Part shown: positions 38,751 to 46,354 of the stretch, piece by piece
How positions within the stretch are numbered: the first letter of the stretch is position 1
How the letters are laid out: every line of letters begins with the position of its first letter
From: an uncultured Acidobacteriota bacterium
GTDB lineage: Bacteria; Acidobacteriota; Thermoanaerobaculia; Multivoradales; JAHEKO01
Assembly: GCA_963713825.1 (NCBI GenBank)
Contig: CAVQNG010000003.1
Location: 1,824,001 to 1,888,000, forward strand
Direction of reading: 5' to 3'
Length of the DNA stretch: 64,000 bases
Translations under genes and position numbers: made by a program
The notes under the pieces: model-generated
Told to the model about the DNA's origin: nothing
The model's input: only the letters and a program-made list of their open reading frames with translations
Database searches by the model: none

Positions 38751-39466
38751 AACCAGCTGAACGCTATATCGACGACGTCCTGAGCCACGTTTTTGCTGTC
38801 CCGGAGGATCGGCAGCGGCTGGAAGCCGACTTGCGCTCACACTTCACCGAAGGGGAGGCCGAGGGCAGGACTCCACGCCAGGTAATCGAGGGGCTGGGGA
38901 CGCCCGAAGAGGTCGCGGCGGCCTTCAATGCCGAGCGCGAGTTCCGGTACGCGAGCTTCTGGCAGCGCCTTGTCGCCTTTTTCGGCGATGCAGGTCTCCT
39001 CATGTGTCTCGTGGTTCCGGTTCTCACCCTGGGTCTCATGGCGGGCGTGGTAGGAGAGGAGCCTGGAGACATTGCGGTCGTCTGGCTCATTCCCTTTGGG
39101 TTGCTGTTCCTGGCCATCCTCGGTCTCGGCATCTTCTACTTCCCATTGCTCGAGGCGCACTATGGCAAGACGCTCGGCAAGCACCTGATGCGACTTCGAG
39201 TGGTGCGGGAGAACGGTTCGCCCATTGGCCTCGGTCAGGCCTTCGTGCGGCGGCTTTCGTTCTACTTCGACATGCTCTGGGTCGACGCGCTCTTCGTCTT
39301 CTTCACCGACAAGAACCAGCGCGCCCTCGACATCGTCGCCAAGACCGTGGTGGCTCAGGAGCCAGGCGAGCGCACTCCGGGGTGGGCCTGGGTGGTGTGC
39401 CTGCTCCTCCCGGCCGTAGCGATGTGCTGCCTGCTGTTGCTGGTGGCCCTCTGCGGACCGGCCTGA
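38747..39466 (+). CDS. HAAS-like N-terminal domain plus RDD-family membrane protein
   Basis: ATGA overlap with padR; DLRSHF.E...LGTPEEVA; ASFWQRLVAF, GKTLGK, NQRALDIVAKTVV. Confidence 0.85.
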   Translation: MKPAERYIDDVLSHVFAVPEDRQRLEADLRSHFTEGEAEGRTPRQVIEGLGTPEEVAAAFNAEREFRYASFWQRLVAFFGDAGLLMCLVVPVLTLGLMAGVVGEEPGDIAVVWLIPFGLLFLAILGLGIFYFPLLEAHYGKTLGKHLMRLRVVRENGSPIGLGQAFVRRLSFYFDMLWVDALFVFFTDKNQRALDIVAKTVVAQEPGERTPGWAWVVCLLLPAVAMCCLLLLVALCGPA

Positions 39467-39484
39467 CCATCTACCTGTGTTCGA

Positions 39485-39539
39485 GTAGGGGAGGGGGCTT
39501 GCCCCCTCCCGCGGGCGGCCGCAAGGGGCCGCCCCTACA
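39485..39539. repeat. GTAG-type REP inverted pair
   Basis: gtaggggagggggcttgccccctccc-gcgggcggccgcaaggggccgcccctac. Confidence 0.78.
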
Positions 39540-39565
39540 TTTGTAGGGACAGATCAGAGTTCTTG

Positions 39566-40864
39566 CTACTGGGTAGTGCCAGACCAGCTAGTGGTGTCAC
39601 CCGCTTCGAAGCCGTCGGCGAACACCGTCGACACATCGAAGCGGCCGAACCACATGTCGAGGCCTCGGGTTGGGTGGCTGACGAGGGCCGACACGTAGAG
39701 ATCGTTGTTCCTGCCAGCCGCCACCCCGATACCGGTGTCGTAGCCACTGTCCGGCCCATCGAGCGTGACCCAGGCCTCCAGGTTCAACGCGGGGTCGAAA
39801 CGCGCCAGCCAGATGTTCGTGCCGCCGACAGTCTCGGTGAAGGTGCCGGTGTGGTAGAGGCGGCCAGCGCTGCCCATGGTCATGAGGTAGGCAACGTCTT
39901 CGCCGTCGACGGGGCCGTTGATCGTCAGCGCGTCGATTGGGTTCAGGTCGGTGTCGTACTTCGCCATCCAGATGTTGTAGCTCTCGTTCGTCTCGATCAT
40001 GGTGCCAGTAACGAAGATCGTGTCGTCCCCGTCGAAGGTGATGCCGTAACCCTTGTCTTCATCGGGCGTCGGTCCGTCGACCGTAATGTCATCGACGAAC
40101 GTCAGGTCGTCCTTGAACTTGCCGATCCAGATGGCGTAGTCCCGGCTCAGGTCGTCGGTCATCGAGCCGCTCACGAACAGGTGCCGTGTGTCATCGAAGG
40201 CCATGAACCGCGCCTTGTCGGTGTCGTGGGCGGGACCATCCATCGTGATGTCGTCCACCAGGTCGAGGTCGGTGCCGTAGATGGCGAGCCAGATGTTCGC
40301 GTCCTGGCCGGTTTCCCGCAGCGTTCCAGCCAGGTAGAGGTTGCCGCTAACGCTGTCGAAGAGGATGCCGTAGCCGTCGTCTTCGCCGTTGTCCGTGCCG
40401 TTGACGGTGATCGAGTCGAGCAGCGTCAGGTCGGAGTCGAACTTGCCGAGCCAGATGTTGTGGCGCTCGCCTGCTTCGGTCATGTATCCCACCAGGTAGA
40501 CGTTACCGCTCCCATCGAAGGCCATCGTGTAGCCTTCGTCGTCCCCGTTCGCCACGCCGTTGACCGTGACGCTGTCCTGGTAGACGAGCTCCTCGCTGTA
40601 CTTGCCCAGCCAGATGTTTCGACCCTGGCCCGCGACGGTAACGTAGCCTGTGGCGTACACAGTGCCGTCGGAAGCCACCGATATGCCGCGCGCTTCGTCG
40701 TTGCCGTCCTCCCCGCCATCGACCGTCACGGATTGCAGGAGATGGAAGACATCCCCTTCCTCGGAAACTGGAACGACGTCAGGTGGAGCGGAATCGACTG
40801 CTGCCGGGTGAACCACCAGCACTAGGACGGCGACGACCGATACGACCAAGGCTCTCGGGCACAT
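39566..40864 (-). CDS. Secreted SBBP-type beta-propeller with DGFEAGD tail
   Basis: Signal peptide; seven repeats T(V/I)(D/N)G....D.......D......Y..G.......NIWL.K(Y/F)D.DL; ends VFADGFEAGDTTSWSGTTQ. Confidence 0.85.
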   Translation of the reverse strand: MCPRALVVSVVAVLVLVVHPAAVDSAPPDVVPVSEEGDVFHLLQSVTVDGGEDGNDEARGISVASDGTVYATGYVTVAGQGRNIWLGKYSEELVYQDSVTVNGVANGDDEGYTMAFDGSGNVYLVGYMTEAGERHNIWLGKFDSDLTLLDSITVNGTDNGEDDGYGILFDSVSGNLYLAGTLRETGQDANIWLAIYGTDLDLVDDITMDGPAHDTDKARFMAFDDTRHLFVSGSMTDDLSRDYAIWIGKFKDDLTFVDDITVDGPTPDEDKGYGITFDGDDTIFVTGTMIETNESYNIWMAKYDTDLNPIDALTINGPVDGEDVAYLMTMGSAGRLYHTGTFTETVGGTNIWLARFDPALNLEAWVTLDGPDSGYDTGIGVAAGRNNDLYVSALVSHPTRGLDMWFGRFDVSTVFADGFEAGDTTSWSGTTQ

Positions 40865-41072
40865 GGGAGATCTCCCGAAGGGGACGGTCCGCGTTGCTGC
40901 TGGACTTCATTATAGGACCTGTCTGTCGACTGGAGAGGACCTCCGCTTCGAAGAGTCCGGCATTCGCCGGCCAGTAGATGTAACATCTTCCCAGGGACTC
41001 GTCTCTTGTTGGTAGAGCTTGCCAGTGGTGCACTGTCGAGTCGTCGAATACGCTCCAAGAAAGGCCGAAGTC

Positions 41073-41477
41073 ATGAGCGCATGGATCCTTCGCTTTTCCG
41101 ACAACAAGATCACGGTCGGGGTTCGCAGGCCAATCACGGTCCTTAGCGTCACGAGTGACGGTGAAGAGACGAAGTTGGAGGTGCTCGAGGCCGGTGGGGA
41201 AGTGCATCCGGGACTGCGAGATCTGGTTCGGGACCAAATCAAGCAGGGACGCCGTCGCTTGATTCTGGATCTGGGCTCTGTCGAGCGGATCGACTCGGAT
41301 GGAGTTGGAGAAGTCGTGGTGGTCTGGCAACACGCGAAGAACCGGGGCGGGGAGCTGGTGCTCGCGAATCTCGTGCCCAGGGTTCACGATCTCTTCGAGA
41401 TCCTCTTTCTCGACAAGGTGATCCCGATCTCCGATTCGATCTCCGAAGCGGTGGAATACCTGAACGAGGACGGCTGA
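41073..41477 (+). CDS. STAS anti-sigma-factor antagonist
   Basis: LILDLGSVERIDSDGVGEVV, GGELVLANL, VHDLFEI. Confidence 0.8.
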   Translation: MSAWILRFSDNKITVGVRRPITVLSVTSDGEETKLEVLEAGGEVHPGLRDLVRDQIKQGRRRLILDLGSVERIDSDGVGEVVVVWQHAKNRGGELVLANLVPRVHDLFEILFLDKVIPISDSISEAVEYLNEDG

Positions 41478-41548
41478 GCACGCCTTGCCAGTGGGAGGTC
41501 TCGGCCTCGACGCTGGCCGAGACCCTCGAGACAATCTTCGAGCGGCAG

Positions 41549-42109
41549 TCAACGGGGGACGCTGGTGATAGCGGCGCGAATCTGGTTGGCCAGGCCCTTC
41601 ATTTGGGTGGAGACCAGTAGCTTCCATTCGTCGCCCCGCTTCTTGCACGAGACGACCTCCATGCCTTCCACTTTGACGTCACCCACCGTGACTTGGTTGC
41701 GGGTCACGACATGCGCCACGTCCGGGCCTTCCATCACCTCTCCCAGAATCTCCAGGCCATCGAAGTTCACTCTGCCGAGAGCTTCGGCCTGAGCGAGTGC
41801 AGAGCGCAAGAAGGATGCGAAGAATTGCCTATCCGACATCTTCGCGATCGACTCTGCAGTCGCTCCGGCCCCAAAGAAAGCCTCGCGAAACTGTTGTTGA
41901 GCGGCGGGCGGGGCCTCATCGATGATGCTCAGCGATTGGCGAAACTCGGTCAAGGCCGACGGATCGAAGAAGGCAGCGGCAGCTTCGAAGTTACCCTCCT
42001 GCAGTTGTTTGTAGAAGGCTGCTGCCGTCTCTGGTGCTGTGGCTCCATAGACCAGACCGCTCGACAGGAGCAGAGCTGCTAACGCGAATCGTAAGGTCTT
42101 CATGATCAT
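41549..42109 (-). CDS. Secreted hypothetical protein (NTF2-like)
   Basis: Signal peptide; EILGEVMEGPDVAHVVTR, KKRGDEWKL. Confidence 0.7.
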   Translation of the reverse strand: MIMKTLRFALAALLLSSGLVYGATAPETAAAFYKQLQEGNFEAAAAFFDPSALTEFRQSLSIIDEAPPAAQQQFREAFFGAGATAESIAKMSDRQFFASFLRSALAQAEALGRVNFDGLEILGEVMEGPDVAHVVTRNQVTVGDVKVEGMEVVSCKKRGDEWKLLVSTQMKGLANQIRAAITSVPR

Positions 42110-42226
42110 CCTCTTCCCTTCGAAGTGAGTGCCAGATTCAACCAGGTGCCTGGGAACCTTCGGGCCACAGCATAACGGGTTACAATCTCATCTTCACTCC
42201 AGAGGGGAAATTCGAGGAGGTCTCTC

Positions 42227-44452
42227 TTGTCCGACCGTGGTCATGTCGTAATCGTCGACGACGACACATCCAGCGCCGCTGCGCTCCAGGAGCTCCTGGA
42301 AAAGGACGGCTACGTGGTTGAGAGCACGGGCAGTGGCTCGCACGCTCTCGAAGCCATCGTGTCGGCAAGAGCCAACCTCGTCCTGGTCGACACCCACCTG
42401 TCACAGACCAATCCATTCGAGCTTCTCGAAGAGCTCAAAGCAAGCCAGCAGGCGCGCGACATCCCGGTGATCTTCATGACCAGCCTCGACGATGCGGAGG
42501 CCAAGGCCAAGGGGCTCGAGTCGGGCGACGACCTGATCGTCAAACCGTTCGATGCCCGTGAGGTCCTGGCGCGGATCGAACGCCAGGTCACCGTATCCAA
42601 GGTGCGCATGGCGCTTCGCGAATCGGAGGCCAAATTCCGCTCGGTCATGGAGTCGGCGATCGACGCCATCATCTCCGGCGACGCCGAGGGCTTGATCCGG
42701 TCGTGGAACAGCGCCGCGACGGTGCTCTTCGGTTTCACAGAGGCCGAGGTGATCGGCCAGCCCATCGACCTGATCATCCCTGAGCGCTACCAAGAGGCCC
42801 ATCAAAAGGGCATTCATAGAGTCAGCTCGGGTGGGCCGACCCACGTCATTGGCAAGACTGTCGAGCTCGCGGCCGTGCGCAAGGATGGGGCCGAGTTTCC
42901 GGTCGAGCTGTCTCTGGCGACCTGGTTCCTGGATGACGAGCGCTATTACACCGGCATCATCCGTGACATCAGCGAGCGCAAGCAGGCAGAGCAGAAATTC
43001 CGCTCGGTTACCGAGTCGGCGATCGACGCCATCATCTCGGCCGACCACGTGGGACACATCATCAGCTGGAACAAGGCGGCCACGGAGATCCTCGGCTACA
43101 GGGAGGAGGAGGCGGTCGGCCAGCGCCTCGAGCTGATCATCCCGGAGAAGTTCCATGATGCGCACCGCAACGGCATGGCGCGGTTTGCGGCAACCGGGGA
43201 AGCTCGCGCGATCGGCACCACGGTCGAGCTTGCCGCTCGCACGAAGAGCGGTGAAGAGATGCCGATCGAATTGTCGCTCTCGACCTGGACGGTCCGCGAC
43301 GAGCGCTACTACACCGGCATCATCCGCGACATCGGCGAGCGCAAGAGGGCAGAGGAAGCACTGCGCGAAAGCGAGCAGACACTGCGGGATCGCACCGAAG
43401 AGCTGAAGACGAAGAACGAGGCGCTGGAAGAGACCCTGAACAAGCTCAACCAGATGCACAACCAGCTCATCATGCAGGAAAAGATGGCCTCGCTCGGCAA
43501 GCTCAGCGCCGGCATGGCGCACGAGCTCAACAACCCGGCCGCGGCTGCACAACGCGGCGCGGCCCAGCTGCAAACGACCTTCTCGCAGCTGCAGGGAATC
43601 CAACTACGGCTCGGTGAGTCGAAGCTCGATCAGGCGCAGCTGGGCAAGCTGGTGGAGCTGTATCAGGTGGCCAGGGATCGCGCCGAGAAGCCGGTGGACA
43701 TCAAGGCCATCACGCGGAGTGATCGAGAAAACGCTCTCGAGGAGTGGCTCGAGGAGAAGGGCATCGATACCTCGGGAGAGTTGGTGCCTTCCCTCGTCAG
43801 CCTAGGCAGTGAAGAAGACGATCTCGAAGCGTTGACGGACCTGTTTCCTGATGCGCAGTTCTCGATGGTGATCGATTGGCTGAGCTGCATGTACGCCATC
43901 TACAGCCTACTGGGCGAGATCAGCTTGGGCTCCGGTCGCATCGCCGAGATCGTCAAGGCTCTCAAGACCTACACCTACATGGACCAGGCTCCGGTCCAAT
44001 CCGTGGACCTGCGCGAAGGCCTGGACAACACGCTGATCATTCTCCACAGCAAGCTGAAGCGGGGGGTGACCGTGGTTCGGGAGTACGAGGAGGACCTGCC
44101 GGTCATCGAGGCCTTCGCGAGCGAGCTGAACCAGGTGTGGACCAACCTGATCGACAACGCCATCGATGCCATGGAGGGCGAGGGCACGCTCGTCGTGAGA
44201 GCCCGACGGGACGATCCCTGGGTGGTCGTCCAGATCGAGGACAGCGGGAGCGGCATCCCCGAAGACATCCAATCGAAGATCTTCGATCCCTTCTTCACTA
44301 CCAAGGGCCAGGGCGATGGCACCGGTCTGGGGCTGAACATCAGCCGCAATCTCATTGTTCAGAAACACTTCGGCGAGATATCCGTAGAGTCGAAACCGGG
44401 CAGTACCTGTTTTACCGTCCGGCTGCCGATCGATCTAAAACCCTCGGAATGA
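42227..44452 (+). CDS. Hybrid sensor histidine kinase REC-PAS-PAS-HisKA-HATPase
   Basis: IVDDD/LVD/KPF receiver; two PAS; [10 protein letters not shown]; [31 protein letters not shown]; TTG start. Confidence 0.92.
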   Translation: MSDRGHVVIVDDDTSSAAALQELLEKDGYVVESTGSGSHALEAIVSARANLVLVDTHLSQTNPFELLEELKASQQARDIPVIFMTSLDDAEAKAKGLESGDDLIVKPFDAREVLARIERQVTVSKVRMALRESEAKFRSVMESAIDAIISGDAEGLIRSWNSAATVLFGFTEAEVIGQPIDLIIPERYQEAHQKGIHRVSSGGPTHVIGKTVELAAVRKDGAEFPVELSLATWFLDDERYYTGIIRDISERKQAEQKFRSVTESAIDAIISADHVGHIISWNKAATEILGYREEEAVGQRLELIIPEKFHDAHRNGMARFAATGEARAIGTTVELAARTKSGEEMPIELSLSTWTVRDERYYTGIIRDIGERKRAEEALRESEQTLRDRTEELKTKNEALEETLNKLNQMHNQLIMQEKMASLGKLSAGMAHELNNPAAAAQRGAAQLQTTFSQLQGIQLRLGESKLDQAQLGKLVELYQVARDRAEKPVDIKAITRSDRENALEEWLEEKGIDTSGELVPSLVSLGSEEDDLEALTDLFPDAQFSMVIDWLSCMYAIYSLLGEISLGSGRIAEIVKALKTYTYMDQAPVQSVDLREGLDNTLIILHSKLKRGVTVVREYEEDLPVIEAFASELNQVWTNLIDNAIDAMEGEGTLVVRARRDDPWVVVQIEDSGSGIPEDIQSKIFDPFFTTKGQGDGTGLGLNISRNLIVQKHFGEISVESKPGSTCFTVRLPIDLKPSE

Positions 44453-44478
44453 GCTCGGACGAAACGGAGAAGAGGAAC

Positions 44479-46140
44479 ATGGCCAAACCCATCGTCATGA
44501 CGATCGATGACGAGCCGCACGTGCTCAATGCCATCGCTCGCGACCTGCAGGGGCGCTATCAGAAGGACTACCAGATCGTGAAAGCGAGCTCGGGCGCCGA
44601 GGCGCTGGAGACGGTGCAGGAGTTCAAACGCCGCAACACGCCGGTGTCGCTCTTCCTGGTCGACCAGCGCATGCCCGTGATGAGTGGCATCGAGTTCCTG
44701 GCCGAGGCCATCAAGTTCTATCCGGAATCGAAGCGGGTCTTGCTGACCGCCTATGCCGACACCGATGCGGCCATCGCCAGCATCAACGCCATCGGTCTCG
44801 ACTACTACCTCATGAAGCCCTGGGACCCCCCGGAGGAGCGGCTCTACCCAGTGCTCGACGACCTGCTGAGCGACTGGTCGGCCAGCGTGTCGGTGCCGTA
44901 CGACGGCATCCGGCTGGCCGGCACCCTGTGGTCCCCGAGCTCGCACAACGTCAAGGAGTTCCTCGCCCGCAGCCAGATCCCCTACAAGTGGCTCGACATC
45001 GAGCGTGACTCCGAGGCCAGGGAGTTGGTCGAAGCGAGCGCCGAGGGGCGGACCCGCCTGCCGGTACTGTTCTTTCAGGATGGCAGCACCCTGGTCGATC
45101 CGGACCTGCGGACGTTGGCGGACAAAGTGGGTCTGACGACCCAGGCCGGGCAGCCCTTCTACGACCTGATCATCATCGGTGCCGGTCCTGCCGGTCTGGC
45201 GGCAGGCGTCTACGGGGCCTCCGAGGGCCTGCGAACAGTCGTGATCGAGAAGGATGTGGCCGGAGGGCAGGCCGGGACCAGTGCGCGGATCGAGAACTAC
45301 CTGGGTTTCCCGAAGGGTGTCAGTGGCGCGGACCTGATGCGACGGGCGGCAACCCAGGTGCAACGCCTCGGGGCCGAGATCCTGACCGCTCAGGAGGTCA
45401 CCGGGGTGCAAGTCGAGGGTCCCTACAAAATCGTGACCCTGGGCGATGGCACTGAGCTCCGAAGCCATGCGCTTCTGATTGCCACCGGCGTCAAGGTGCG
45501 CGAGCTCGACGTGCCGGGTATCGAGCCCTTCGTCGGCGGCTCTGTGTACTACGGGGCGGCGACCTCGGAGGCCGTTCACTACAAGGACAAGAAGGTCTTC
45601 GTGATCGGCGGCGCCAACTCGGCCGGTCAGGGTGCGATGTTCCTGTCGCGGTTCGCCAGCGAGGTCACGATCCTGATCCGGGCGGACTCTCTCAAAGAGA
45701 GCATGTCCCAGTACCTCATCGACCAGATCGACGACACGGAGAACATCACGCTGAAGACCAACACCGAGGTGGCTGAGGTGGCCGGCAGCGACCGTCTCGA
45801 GTCCATCACGACCAAGAACAACGTCACCGGCGAGACCGAAACGACTCCTGCCGACGCGATCTTCATCTTCATCGGAGCCGTACCCCACTCCGACATCGTG
45901 GAAGGCATTGTCGAGCGCACCGAGGCCGGTTTCATCCCGACGGGTCAGGATCTGATTCGTGATGGTCGTCGGCCGAACAACTGGCAGCTGCGGCGCGACC
46001 CCTTCCTGCTGGAAACCAGCGTGCCGGGCATCTTCGCAGCGGGCGATGTGCGCGAAGGCGTCATCCGGCGTGTGGCCTCAGCCGTCGGCGAAGGCGCCGT
46101 CTCCCTCAGCTTCGTCCACGAATACCTCGAAACCGTCTGA
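44479..46140 (+). CDS. Response-regulator receiver fused to glutaredoxin-like and thioredoxin-reductase-like FAD domains
   Basis: IDDE, DQRMP, KPW; GAGPAG, IENYLGFP, GGANSA, FAAGDVR; alternative ATG 44449 overlaps the kinase stop. Confidence 0.9.
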   Translation: MAKPIVMTIDDEPHVLNAIARDLQGRYQKDYQIVKASSGAEALETVQEFKRRNTPVSLFLVDQRMPVMSGIEFLAEAIKFYPESKRVLLTAYADTDAAIASINAIGLDYYLMKPWDPPEERLYPVLDDLLSDWSASVSVPYDGIRLAGTLWSPSSHNVKEFLARSQIPYKWLDIERDSEARELVEASAEGRTRLPVLFFQDGSTLVDPDLRTLADKVGLTTQAGQPFYDLIIIGAGPAGLAAGVYGASEGLRTVVIEKDVAGGQAGTSARIENYLGFPKGVSGADLMRRAATQVQRLGAEILTAQEVTGVQVEGPYKIVTLGDGTELRSHALLIATGVKVRELDVPGIEPFVGGSVYYGAATSEAVHYKDKKVFVIGGANSAGQGAMFLSRFASEVTILIRADSLKESMSQYLIDQIDDTENITLKTNTEVAEVAGSDRLESITTKNNVTGETETTPADAIFIFIGAVPHSDIVEGIVERTEAGFIPTGQDLIRDGRRPNNWQLRRDPFLLETSVPGIFAAGDVREGVIRRVASAVGEGAVSLSFVHEYLETV

Positions 46141-46159
46141 CCAGCGCGTCGCGCCCAGA

Positions 46160-46296
46160 TGTAGGGGCAGGTTTCGAAGCCTTGACGTTGTAGGGGCGGG
46201 GCTTGCCCCCGCCCGCAGGAGCCGTCAAGGGGCCCCCAAACATCTGTCTCGCAATTGCGGGTCTCTCTCGTGTAGGGGAGGGGCTTGCCCCCTCCC
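46160..46296 (+). repeat. Cluster of three GTAG-type REP copies
   Basis: tgtaggggcagg (46160), tgtaggggcggggcttgcccccgccc (46189-46214), tgtaggggaggggcttgccccctccc (46271-46296). Confidence 0.8.
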
Positions 46297-46354
46297 GCGG
46301 CGCCCCTGCCAACCGACAGTCGATGCAGTACAATCCCTCGAGTACAAACCAAGC

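Noticed and set aside
39563-40825. Long antisense ORFs (e.g. 39563-40825, 47537-49315, 44359-45888, 59666-61081, 17728-18825)
   Set aside because: Mirror frames of well-supported genes in high-GC DNA, with no family motifs.
43876-44448. N-terminal extension of the REC-TrxR ORF
   Set aside because: Out-of-frame overlap with the histidine kinase; low-complexity Arg/Pro/Gly translation.
45959-46354. N-terminal extension of the 1033-aa kinase ORF
   Set aside because: Runs through the upstream gene end and the REP cluster; the paralog-like start MIGTTVSHY is at 46355.
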